IMG/VR virus record: IMGVR_UViG_3300033415_000014
Coordinates: 1 to 30,444 of that record
DNA from: a virus
Taxonomy: Duplodnaviria; Caudoviricetes
Strand: one strand, 5' to 3'
Length of the DNA: 30,444 nucleotides
Program-made: the position numbers and the translations under genes
Shown: piece by piece, positions 7,030 to 15,790 of the stretch
Layout: the number at the start of each line of letters is the position of its first letter
Numbering within the stretch: the first letter of the stretch is position 1
The notes under the pieces: model-generated
Databases searched by the model: none
What the model was told of the DNA's origin: nothing
Seen by the model: only the letters and a program-made list of their open reading frames with translations

Positions 7030-7890
7030 ATGGATGAAGTCAATGTAGAATTTATAAAATCTTTGGTGGAAAAATTAAAGCGGGATATAAACGCTGAATT
7101 TTTGGATACAAATTTTTATTCTGCCAGAGAAAAAAAACGCTTTTATCAAAAGGTGGAAAAATTGATGAATGAATATGGGGAAAGCATTAAAAACGAGGTT
7201 TTGGATAAAATGAGTAAAGAGTGGAATACCGAGGTCAAGCAAGCACTTTTCAAAATTAAAGATGCCCCAAGTAGTTTTTTGATTTCTCCGAACAAAGACG
7301 TTGTGCAAACACTTATAACATTACAATCAATGCAAGATGAAATAGCGGGGGCTATTGACGGGCTTTTTGGCAGTGCCAGGATAACGCTAAGGCAGGGTTT
7401 GAATTTGCTTGAAAGCACGGTGAGGCGTGAGGTTATGGCAGAAATTGCCGCAGGTTCAATCACTGGTGAGCCTATAGATATTATAGCCGATCGGGTAAAA
7501 CAGCAATTTGTCAAAGGTGGAATACCTGGATTTTCTATTGTGAATAAAAACGGGGTTGATGTTAATTACTCGCTTGAATCACGGGCAACACAATTAGTTA
7601 GAAGTTCAATTATTCAGAGCCGAGCAAACGCCGTGATTGATATGGCAGTAAGAAGCGGTTATGATTTGGTTAAAACATCAAAACATACAAACGAAAGCCC
7701 AATGTGTCAACCGCATAGTGGGAAGATATTCAGTATAACAGGGGCAACGAAAGGTTACCCTTTACTGTCCACAGCACTGTGGAACGGAACGTATAAAAAA
7801 GGTGCTGGTTTATTCCATAGATATTGCAGACATAGCTTAACAATTCATATACCGACGTCAATTGAATTTAAGGCTCTTGACAAATCTTAG
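7030..7890 (+). CDS. Minor capsid / head morphogenesis protein
   Basis: Follows portal; SKH...C.P..GKIFS and GLFHRYCRH resemble the HPNCRH motif of phage minor capsid proteins. Confidence 0.78.
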   Translation: MDEVNVEFIKSLVEKLKRDINAEFLDTNFYSAREKKRFYQKVEKLMNEYGESIKNEVLDKMSKEWNTEVKQALFKIKDAPSSFLISPNKDVVQTLITLQSMQDEIAGAIDGLFGSARITLRQGLNLLESTVRREVMAEIAAGSITGEPIDIIADRVKQQFVKGGIPGFSIVNKNGVDVNYSLESRATQLVRSSIIQSRANAVIDMAVRSGYDLVKTSKHTNESPMCQPHSGKIFSITGATKGYPLLSTALWNGTYKKGAGLFHRYCRHSLTIHIPTSIEFKALDKS

Positions 7891-7906
7891 GAAGTACTTT
7901 TATAAT
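7877..7906 (+). promoter_or_regulatory. Sigma70-like promoter for the scaffold/capsid operon
   Basis: TTGACA (7877-7882), 18-bp spacer, TATAAT (7901-7906); DnaA box TGTGTATAA at 7919-7927 just downstream. Confidence 0.65.
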
Positions 7907-7970
7907 GCGAATACTAATTGTGTATAACTAACTGTCCGCAATCGTATTACTAATTGTTAGAACTATTTTT

Positions 7971-8531
7971 ATGTCAGAAGAAGAATTAAAACAAGAAGAA
8001 GAACAAGCAAAACTAGAAGCTAAAAAAGAAGCTAAAAAAGCTGAGGCTGAAAAAGAATCTGAGGAATTAGCCGATAAAGAAGCTGAGGAATTAGCCGATA
8101 AAGAAGCTGAAAAACTTGCAAACGAAACTGAAAGCGAAAAAGTTAAACGACTGCGAGAACGTTTTGAAAACGATCTTAAAGAACGAAATAAGAAACTTGA
8201 AGAAGTAGCAAGCAAAGCAACAACAGCCGAAGAAGGATTGAAAGCACTCCAAGAGCAAATCAAATTAAAAGATAAGCAACTTGAAGTGAAGGAAGCACTT
8301 TTTAGCTCTGAAATTGACCCCGAGTTCTACGATATTGTTTCAGATATTCTTATGAAAGCAGAAGATACAAAAGAAGAACTTAAAAGACTGGTTGAAACAA
8401 AACCTAAAATGCTTAAAGCAAAAGAGGAAGGAAACAAAAGCCCGTATTTTATAAGTTCAAGTTCAAATCCTAAAAGTCAATTTAATTTTGACGAAAAGGA
8501 AACAGACGCCAGAAAAATTATCAATCAATAA
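7971..8531 (+). CDS. Capsid scaffolding protein
   Basis: E/K/A-rich coiled coil immediately upstream of the capsid gene; contains a 24-bp tandem duplication at 8061-8108 (EELADKEA x2). Confidence 0.72.
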   Translation: MSEEELKQEEEQAKLEAKKEAKKAEAEKESEELADKEAEELADKEAEKLANETESEKVKRLRERFENDLKERNKKLEEVASKATTAEEGLKALQEQIKLKDKQLEVKEALFSSEIDPEFYDIVSDILMKAEDTKEELKRLVETKPKMLKAKEEGNKSPYFISSSSNPKSQFNFDEKETDARKIINQ

Positions 8532-8548
8532 TTATTTAACTATTTTTT

Positions 8549-9553
8549 ATGTCAAACATCACAGGGGCTCCAACATCACGAGTCGCTAACATCAGAACCA
8601 AACAGAACCTTGCAACTGCAATTACTAAACCTTTTTTTGAAACAGACATGTTTTCTTTTATGGGGAACACAACTCAAAAAGAATATTTAGCGGCAAGCCG
8701 AAATTCAGTTGTGCAAGTTAAAATTAAACCACAACTTACTGAGCCAGTTAACATTACAACTTATGCAACGACTGAATTAGTTCAGGCTGATTATGAAGAA
8801 GCCGCATACGGGAATATTGAGGTTAAACTTGACTACGGTTTATCTAAGCGTTTCAAATATGATAGTGTTGATTTAAGTGTCATTGTTGAAAATTTGGAGC
8901 AAGACTTACAAGAGTCAGCCTTAGTTCAGAATTACCGCAGAATGAAACGAACCATCAACACCAGATTACGAACATCAGCTTTTGCAGAAAATTTTGGAGT
9001 TGCAAATAGTGCAATTAACGCTAAGACTTTCTTAGCTATTCGCGAAAGAGCTAACGCAACAGGTTACCAGGACAAGTTCATTGAAGTTCGTCTTGCCCCA
9101 GCTTATTACATGCAAGCAACCCAGTTACCAGAGTTTCAAACGCTAGGTGCTTACGTACCAGTAGCAGGGAACACTGCGGCGGCTAATAATACAATCGCAC
9201 CAACTAGATTCCGAGTTAACGGAGTTTATAACATGGATTTTGTGTCTGACGATACTTACACTGTTACAACACCTGCAAGCGATGCCAAAGGCACAGCCTA
9301 TGTTGACGTTTCAGCCGTTGTTCCCGTTCGTGGTTTGCAAGTTAGCGACCCAAACAAAGATTTTCCAATTTTTGACCCTAAAACTGGATTAAACGTGCTT
9401 TACGCACGAGATGAAGAAAAAGTTAGTCTAGGGCGTAAAATCATGGGAGCTATTGAGTTCATGTATGGATTCAAAGAATTATCAGGCGATATCAACCAAG
9501 TGGGTGTTATCCAGACCGCTCCCATTTGGAACGTAATGGGCGGAACAGTTTAG
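8549..9553 (+). CDS. Major capsid protein
   Basis: 334 aa after scaffold; C-terminal 'IEFMYGFKEL' resembles P22-coat/HK97-fold endings; synteny. Confidence 0.75.
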   Translation: MSNITGAPTSRVANIRTKQNLATAITKPFFETDMFSFMGNTTQKEYLAASRNSVVQVKIKPQLTEPVNITTYATTELVQADYEEAAYGNIEVKLDYGLSKRFKYDSVDLSVIVENLEQDLQESALVQNYRRMKRTINTRLRTSAFAENFGVANSAINAKTFLAIRERANATGYQDKFIEVRLAPAYYMQATQLPEFQTLGAYVPVAGNTAAANNTIAPTRFRVNGVYNMDFVSDDTYTVTTPASDAKGTAYVDVSAVVPVRGLQVSDPNKDFPIFDPKTGLNVLYARDEEKVSLGRKIMGAIEFMYGFKELSGDINQVGVIQTAPIWNVMGGTV

Positions 9554-9586
9554 TTTATTATTTATAACTTTAATTATTTAAAAAAT

Positions 9587-9781
9587 ATGTCTCAAGAAAA
9601 TCACGTATGGATTAAAAACAAAGCAAATGGAATGCTTTCAAAAGTTGACGCACTAGAATTTCAGGGTGTTTACTCACAAGTCGTTAAAAACGGCGAGACC
9701 GCATTTACCAAAGCGACCGAAGCAGAGGTGAAAGACTGGGAAGCTGGAACATATTGGGAGAAATACAATAAATCTAAGTAG
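9587..9781 (+). CDS. Small hypothetical (possible head-associated) protein
   Basis: 64-aa ORF directly after the capsid gene with good start context. Confidence 0.6.
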   Translation: MSQENHVWIKNKANGMLSKVDALEFQGVYSQVVKNGETAFTKATEAEVKDWEAGTYWEKYNKSK

Positions 9782-9784
9782 TCT

Positions 9785-10014
9785 ATGACTAGAATGCGTA
9801 ACCAAAGTAACCAACTATTCTATGCCGAGGACGAGCAGGTGCAAGCTTACTTGTCTAACGGTTGTAGGTTAGCACCCGAGCCTGCAACGGTTCATGAGCC
9901 TAAAAAAAAAGTTACGACTTCAACCGAGACGGTAAAACAGACAAGCGGGACGTAAGCCTTGCGGGAAAACTTCTCGCGGAAGTAAAGAATGGTAAAGTAA
10001 CATTTTCAGTATGA
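9785..10014 (+). CDS. Small protein interrupted by an A9 run; the -1 frame adds an EF-hand/dockerin-like motif
   Basis: Frame 0 is 9785-9955 (56 aa). A -1 shift in A9 (9902-9910) gives ...PKKKSYDFNRDGKTDKRDVSLAGKLLAEVKNGKVTFSV*, whose TGA overlaps ATG 10011. Confidence 0.6.
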
Positions 10015-10643
10015 TCCAAACAACAACACTTCGACAATATATCAACAGTAATTTCATCGATGAAAATGGGTATTCTTTCGAGAATGCCAACTTGGCAGAA
10101 ATGATAGTTGACAATTATATTCCCACCTACCGCTCTGGGTTGCCATTTGCTAAAAGCTACGGCAGAGAACAAGTAGTGGATGTGGATTTTGTTGATGGTG
10201 GTGTTGTTTTGCCAGCCTCGTATGATACAACCAAAAATTACTACCAATTTTGCAACATTGAAATACTTTCAGGATCTTTGAACGGCGAAACTTTATCAGT
10301 TGTTTCATCTGTTGATAACAAGTTATCCACAAATACTGTTTCTTTACCTGAGGAAACAACTACAACTGTAAAAATTAGCCAAATTGGAAAATTCCCTTTT
10401 ATATGTGACTATAAGTCAAGTATAAAAACCATTCCAAATACTTTACGTGAGGCTTGCAAGTTGCAACTTCAATATATTACTGAGAACAGCGAACATCTTA
10501 ATTCAGTAAATATGAAAAGTGAAACTGAAAGCACTGGATCTTATTCATACACCCTAGGTGATAGTATGAGCTCAGAAAGCATTATGATTTCGCCAGTTGT
10601 AAAGAAACTTATTGATAGTTTAGGGCTTTATCAAATTGTATAA
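10011..10643 (+). CDS. Head-tail adaptor/connector protein with an inserted beta-rich segment
   Basis: AEMIVDNY...IPNTLREACKLQ...KSETESTGSYSYT pattern typical of gp15/gp6-like connectors; synteny. Confidence 0.65.
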   Translation: MIQTTTLRQYINSNFIDENGYSFENANLAEMIVDNYIPTYRSGLPFAKSYGREQVVDVDFVDGGVVLPASYDTTKNYYQFCNIEILSGSLNGETLSVVSSVDNKLSTNTVSLPEETTTTVKISQIGKFPFICDYKSSIKTIPNTLREACKLQLQYITENSEHLNSVNMKSETESTGSYSYTLGDSMSSESIMISPVVKKLIDSLGLYQIV

Positions 10644-10648
10644 ATTGT

Positions 10649-10957
10649 ATGTCTATTATCAAATATGAGACAATAACGTTCGGAACTTTGAGTGGAACTG
10701 GTTATAAAGAAACCGAGGTATACACTCAAACAGCCTCCACACCTTGCCGTTTCTATGATAAAAAAGCCATCAATTTTAATAATTCAGATGAGTTTATAAA
10801 TTACGATAGCATTGCAAACGTGAAAGGATACAAGCCTGATATGGACGATATAGCCGTATTCAACGGTGTTCAATATAGAGTTGTTGACGTTCAAAGTTTG
10901 CAAGGACGTATCGGAAAAAATAAATTTCAAGTCAAATTATTACTTTATAATGTCTAG
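10649..10957 (+). CDS. Head closure / stopper protein
   Basis: 102 aa, beta-rich, DDIAVFNGVQYRVVDV motif; synteny. Confidence 0.6.
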   Translation: MSIIKYETITFGTLSGTGYKETEVYTQTASTPCRFYDKKAINFNNSDEFINYDSIANVKGYKPDMDDIAVFNGVQYRVVDVQSLQGRIGKNKFQVKLLLYNV

Positions 10958-11300
10958 CCCAATAATACTCAATGAAGCACGACTTGCAAAAGATATTGCA
11001 AAAGTGCAGAAAAACCTTGAGAATATCAAGGGTGATATTAAAAAAGCACGACAAAAAGCACTATTTGATACAGCAATTAAATTTTCAGATATTTCCGAAC
11101 CTTATATTCCAGTCGTGACTGGACTTCTTAAAAGCTCAAAAGGTTATGATGCAAAAGTTGGAGAGGTTACGTACAGCTTAAACACTACTTACGCAGCGAA
11201 AGTTGAAGAAAGGCGTGGATACTTTACAATACCATTTCAAAAAAATGCAGATAATTTACAGGACTTTTTTGAAGAGCGTTTTAATTCTTATTTTTACTAG
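10950..11300 (+). CDS. Neck / HK97 gp10-like tail completion protein; probable start at 10950
   Basis: PVVTGLLKSS and NTTYAAKVEE resemble the 'PVDTG.L..S...YA..VE' motif. Confidence 0.7.
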   Translation: MSSPIILNEARLAKDIAKVQKNLENIKGDIKKARQKALFDTAIKFSDISEPYIPVVTGLLKSSKGYDAKVGEVTYSLNTTYAAKVEERRGYFTIPFQKNADNLQDFFEERFNSYFY

Positions 11301-11303
11301 CTT

Positions 11304-11711
11304 ATGGATATTCGTGTTGATATAAAACAGTTTCTTGAAAATAACAGTTATAATAATGTGGTTGTTGATAGATTCAGGGCGTTTCTTAAAAATACGTCAG
11401 CTGATCAGGAACAGATAATCATTTCAGATATGCCAAGCGACCAACCAAACGGCTATTTTGTTAAAACCAAAATAGCTATTGGCGTGAAAAGATCAGATGA
11501 GGGAAACGCAAAAGATGTTTGTGAACAGATTGAATATCTATTTTCCAACAAAGGCGGAAAAATTATAACAGGAGGTATTGAATTTGACAGAATAACAGTT
11601 GCAAGTCCTACTATTTTTGTTGGATTCAACCAAACCGAGAACACGGCAATTTACGAATGCCAACTAAACTTTACTTACATTGATACTAATTACATTAACA
11701 ACTATTTATAA
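11304..11711 (+). CDS. Tail terminator protein
   Basis: 135 aa immediately before the major tail protein; synteny. Confidence 0.55.
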   Translation: MDIRVDIKQFLENNSYNNVVVDRFRAFLKNTSADQEQIIISDMPSDQPNGYFVKTKIAIGVKRSDEGNAKDVCEQIEYLFSNKGGKIITGGIEFDRITVASPTIFVGFNQTENTAIYECQLNFTYIDTNYINNYL

Positions 11712-11714
11712 TAT

Positions 11715-12341
11715 ATGTCTACATACGCAGCAGGAATAACAGAAGGAGTATTCACTTGGATGGTACTTGTTGCCCCAATTAACAGCACTATCACGTTGCC
11801 AGTGTTTTCAACTGGTACACGAAACTCTTTGCTAGGAGTTCTAGCAGCTTCAGACTTCTCAGTTGAAGTAAATAACAACCCAATAAAACTTCAGAAACAA
11901 ATTACAGGTAGCGAAAACTACGTTGATATGGTTTCGGGAGGTCAAAATTGGATCGGAACATTCACTTTGAACACCATTGGTAAAAAGGATATTCAAACCA
12001 TTCTTGGTAGTGTTACAACAGTGGGAACAACCACAGTGTCTAACACAGATGGTGCAGCAGGAACACTTAAAGGTAACCCATTTGCTGGTGTTAATCACAT
12101 TCCTTACCGTTTTATATTTATTCCAGCATACCGAAAAGCTGATGGAACATTTGCGAAACTATCTGATGGTGATCTTAAACACGCATGGGAAATTCCACAA
12201 GGTGACATCGTAAGTGGGTTCAATCCTACCTCTAACGGTGAAAACTTCGTTGAATATGAACTTGAGTTACATGCTCGCACAGACTTAGGTGCTCCGACAC
12301 ATTGGTTACACGGTGATGAAATTGCTCTCGTACACGTTTAA
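11715..12341 (+). CDS. Major tail (tube) protein
   Basis: 208 aa, G/T-rich, followed by a terminator, tail chaperones and tape measure. Confidence 0.7.
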   Translation: MSTYAAGITEGVFTWMVLVAPINSTITLPVFSTGTRNSLLGVLAASDFSVEVNNNPIKLQKQITGSENYVDMVSGGQNWIGTFTLNTIGKKDIQTILGSVTTVGTTTVSNTDGAAGTLKGNPFAGVNHIPYRFIFIPAYRKADGTFAKLSDGDLKHAWEIPQGDIVSGFNPTSNGENFVEYELELHARTDLGAPTHWLHGDEIALVHV

Positions 12342-12347
12342 CAATTT

Positions 12348-12369
12348 GGCGGTGAAATTCCGCCTTTTT
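12348..12369 (+). terminator. Intrinsic terminator after the major tail gene
   Basis: GGCGG-tgaaatt-CCGCC then TTTTT. Confidence 0.75.
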
Positions 12370-12383
12370 AACTTTTTTATATT

Positions 12384-12989
12384 ATGAACTACAAAATCTC
12401 TGACTTATACTTAAACGACAAAGATGTAACTTTAAGCATCACGACACCAAACACAAGATCCTTTACTGACTTCCCTGAGATGTTGAAAGGTGTTGGTAAA
12501 AATTCAAACGATGAGGCTTTAATTGACAAAATTTGTAAAAAGATATTTGAAAATTCAGATATGGCAGAAAATGGTTTAACTGCTGAACATTTACTTGAAC
12601 TTACAGAACAGGATATTAAAGAGATCTTTCAACAGTTTGTCTTTGGTGAATTTGAAACTGTTGATGTTGTTGAAATATCAAAGCACTTAAAAGAAATTAC
12701 ATTTAAAAACTTACTAGGTATTGAACATAAAATAAACGCTAAATTAGTTTCAGCTTTGGTGACGAGAAAATACAAAGACCTTATAAAAGGTATCCACGCA
12801 GACAAACCATCTCAGAAAGATGTTGAACTTTTCTTGGTTGGACTTGCAAAGTCAATTATTGAATGCACTAAAGATACTAACCTTACAGATGAAATACTGG
12901 TAAGTGAATTTTCAGTATTTACACTTGTTTCAATTTATGGAGCATTGAGTAAAACAAATTTTACCCCAGCGGTGACGACCGCCAGTTAA
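12384..12989 (+). CDS. Tail assembly chaperone (gpG-like)
   Basis: Lies between major tail and tape measure genes; slippery A_AAT_TTT at 12956-12962. Confidence 0.72.
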   Translation: MNYKISDLYLNDKDVTLSITTPNTRSFTDFPEMLKGVGKNSNDEALIDKICKKIFENSDMAENGLTAEHLLELTEQDIKEIFQQFVFGEFETVDVVEISKHLKEITFKNLLGIEHKINAKLVSALVTRKYKDLIKGIHADKPSQKDVELFLVGLAKSIIECTKDTNLTDEILVSEFSVFTLVSIYGALSKTNFTPAVTTAS

Positions 12990-13378
12990 AAGCAAATGTA
13001 AAAGAACTTGAAGCGTTATATCTCTTGAAACAAAAAGGTTGGTCAAGGCAAGAAATTGAAGAGCTTAGCCCGAATGACCTTGACCAACTCCTTGAAATTG
13101 ATATTTTCTACCGTTTAAGTAAAAAAGTCCAAGAGATAGAAATTTTAGCTTTAGAGAATGCTCTGTATCAAGCAGATAGTAAGTCAAGTGGTAAAATATC
13201 CAAAGCAATAAGAAAACGTGTTAAAACGTATTTATTAGGTTTTGACGAAAAAGATGAAGTAAAACAAGAAAAAAATGGGTTTCTTGAAGTTCCAGAGTTG
13301 CCTGATGGGTATAGGATCGGAGATATTGAAGATTCAAGAGAAATAGCAAGTGACCTTGCACAAATTTTCAAAGACTAA
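12956..13378 (+). CDS. gpT-like segment of the gpGT frameshift product (about 331 aa total)
   Basis: The -1 frame is open from the heptamer A AAT TTT through 13378; hairpin GCGGT-gacg-ACCGC (12969-12982) lies 6 nt downstream. Confidence 0.75.
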   Translation, partial: KFYPSGDDRQLKANVKELEALYLLKQKGWSRQEIEELSPNDLDQLLEIDIFYRLSKKVQEIEILALENALYQADSKSSGKISKAIRKRVKTYLLGFDEKDEVKQEKNGFLEVPELPDGYRIGDIEDSREIASDLAQIFKD

Positions 13379-13390
13379 TATAATTCAAAT

Positions 13391-15388
13391 ATGGCTACAC
13401 GTTCAGCAGGTTCTGTTTCAATATCATTTAACTCCATCACAACTGGGGTTAATAAAGGTATTGATGAAGTAAAAGTAAAACTGGGAGAGGTTGGAACTAA
13501 GGCTAAAGATGAGAGTAAAAAGATAGGAGAAGTCGGCAAGCAGATAGGTAGTAGTCTAACCAATATTGGTGTTGGTATGGTTGCTATTGGTGTTGGAATT
13601 ACTGGAGCTATGGGTGTAGCATCAAGTAAATCTGCAACTTTTAATAAAGGGTTGGCTGAAATTCAGTCTTTAATTCCTGGAACTGGAGATAGAATAAAAG
13701 AGCTTACAGGTAATGTAAAAACTTTATCAAAAGAATTTGGCTTACTACCAGATGAAGCTATCAAGGGTGTTTACGATGTTATATCTGCTTATGGAGATAC
13801 AGCAGAAACCACGAAAATACTTGAGATAAACGTAAAAGCTGCAAAAGCTGGTGTAGCAAGTCTAACAGACTCCATAGCTTTAACCTCAGCCGTAACTAAA
13901 ACTTACGGAGATACAAGTGGAGCAGCCCAATCTAAGGTTACAGATTTAGCTTTCATAGCAGTTAAACTAGGGCAAACAACTTTTCCAGAGTTAGCAAATT
14001 CAATTGGTGCGGTAACACCGCTTGCGAAAGAACTTACAATTAGCCAAGAAGAGCTTTTTACTGTAATGGGTGCTCAAACTGGTGTGACTGGAAATGCAAG
14101 TGAGGTAGCAACTCAATTTAGGGGTGCTTTATCTAGTTTAATGGCACCAACTTCTGACCTTACTAAATTATATTCAAGCTTAGGCTTTGAAAACGGGAAA
14201 GCTATGGTTAAAAGCCTTGGGTTCAAAGGCTCTATGGATGCAATAGTTAAGGCATCTGCAGAATCTGGAAAACCATTGCAAGACTATTTAGGAAGTATTG
14301 AGGGTCAGACACTAGCACTGTCTTTAGCTGGAGCAAATGGAAAATTCTATAACACTGTACTTGGTGACATGAATAATTCAGCAGGGGCAACCAACACAGC
14401 TTTTGATACTTTAACAACTGGTTTAGGTGCTCAAGCTTTTGAAGCAGAAAAAGCAAGAGCAAAAACAGAGCTTTTGTGGATAGAAATTGGTGAAAAATTA
14501 GCACCTATTGTCTTAGACTTAACAGGTAAGCTAAATGGTTTATTAGACTGGGGTATAAAGTTTGCAAGTGAAAACCCTTTATTAGTCCAAACAATTGCAG
14601 TATTAGGTGTCGCTTTTGTTGTAATCGGGACAGTTTTAATGGTTGTTGGTGGTCTTTTTTCTTCAATTGGAACCATCATAACAACAGTAACAGCAGTAAT
14701 GACATTCTTATCTCCTGTAATAGCAGTTGTCAGTGGTTTCTTTGCTGCTTTATCTAGTCCTGTTCTTATTGTGGTTGGTGTAGTGGTTGCTTTAATTGCA
14801 ATATTTGTGTTACTTTGGCAAAACTGGGACTTGGTTGTTCAGCAAATTAGCAATGGTTGGAATTGGTTTGTTGCTGTTAGCTTAGCAGGTTTTGAAATTG
14901 CAAAGGGTGGTTTTAATTCATTTATGAGCTTCTTAGGCGGTTTTGCTAAAGGGTGGCAAGATACATGGAACGGTGTAGGTAAATTCTTTGGAGGCATTTG
15001 GGATGGAATAGCAAGCACAGGGAAAAGAGCTTTGAATGGCTTAACCTCGGGGATAAACTCAGTGATAAAAGGCTTTAATTCAATTTCAGGTGCCGTTGGT
15101 GTGCCAGCAATTCCAACAATACCAGGATTCGCGAATGGTGGAATAGTAGGCAACCCTAGTGTTGCAAGTAACATAAATGCTGGAGATGACCAAATAATTA
15201 CAGCTAAAACTGGTGAACTTATTGCCAACCAAAGTCAAAAAGATAAATTGTTACAAGCAATTATGAACGGAAAAGAAAGCGGTGGAAATTCAAAATCACA
15301 AAATGTAACAATAAATGCGCTTGACAGTCAAAGTTTTGAAACGTATATCAAAAAAAATGGTTATATTCTTAAACAATTATTAGCTTAA
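13391..15388 (+). CDS. Tape measure protein (TP901-family core)
   Basis: 665 aa, A/G/S-rich; GQTTFPELA core motif, hydrophobic stretch, periodic W/F repeats, FANGG near the C-terminus. Confidence 0.9.
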   Translation: MATRSAGSVSISFNSITTGVNKGIDEVKVKLGEVGTKAKDESKKIGEVGKQIGSSLTNIGVGMVAIGVGITGAMGVASSKSATFNKGLAEIQSLIPGTGDRIKELTGNVKTLSKEFGLLPDEAIKGVYDVISAYGDTAETTKILEINVKAAKAGVASLTDSIALTSAVTKTYGDTSGAAQSKVTDLAFIAVKLGQTTFPELANSIGAVTPLAKELTISQEELFTVMGAQTGVTGNASEVATQFRGALSSLMAPTSDLTKLYSSLGFENGKAMVKSLGFKGSMDAIVKASAESGKPLQDYLGSIEGQTLALSLAGANGKFYNTVLGDMNNSAGATNTAFDTLTTGLGAQAFEAEKARAKTELLWIEIGEKLAPIVLDLTGKLNGLLDWGIKFASENPLLVQTIAVLGVAFVVIGTVLMVVGGLFSSIGTIITTVTAVMTFLSPVIAVVSGFFAALSSPVLIVVGVVVALIAIFVLLWQNWDLVVQQISNGWNWFVAVSLAGFEIAKGGFNSFMSFLGGFAKGWQDTWNGVGKFFGGIWDGIASTGKRALNGLTSGINSVIKGFNSISGAVGVPAIPTIPGFANGGIVGNPSVASNINAGDDQIITAKTGELIANQSQKDKLLQAIMNGKESGGNSKSQNVTINALDSQSFETYIKKNGYILKQLLA

Positions 15389-15389
15389 T

Positions 15390-15788
15390 ATGAAATTACA
15401 AATTGGATATACAGAAGCGGTTTACACCATCACACTTTACAACGTAGTGCAGGGTTGGGAACTTGCAGACGCACGCAGAGTTGAAACAGATTACGGTGAT
15501 GATGGAACGGTATGGTTTAATATAGTCGGAAAGAAGAAACCTGTTTATAAATTAGGATATGAAGAGTTGGAAACAGCCTCAGCAACCTCAAACTTCAAGA
15601 AAATTCAAGAAATGAGTATACCAGACTATTTGTTGCCTGTGTGGGTTAAACTTGAAAATGCAAATACGACGAATCAGTACACTGTTCAAACTGAATATGA
15701 AGGGCTTGCGTATATTCAACTAATACAAAAAAATGTTTCTCAGGTGCCAACCTTGCGAGACTTTGAAATTGCAATTTACACTCAATAA
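15390..15788 (+). CDS. Distal tail protein-like
   Basis: 132 aa directly after the tape measure gene; synteny only. Confidence 0.45.
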   Translation: MKLQIGYTEAVYTITLYNVVQGWELADARRVETDYGDDGTVWFNIVGKKKPVYKLGYEELETASATSNFKKIQEMSIPDYLLPVWVKLENANTTNQYTVQTEYEGLAYIQLIQKNVSQVPTLRDFEIAIYTQ

Positions 15789-15790
15789 TT

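Noticed and set aside
13025-13378. Independent gene starting at TTG 13025
   Set aside because: The frame is open back to the slippery heptamer at 12956; better explained as the gpT part of a frameshift product.
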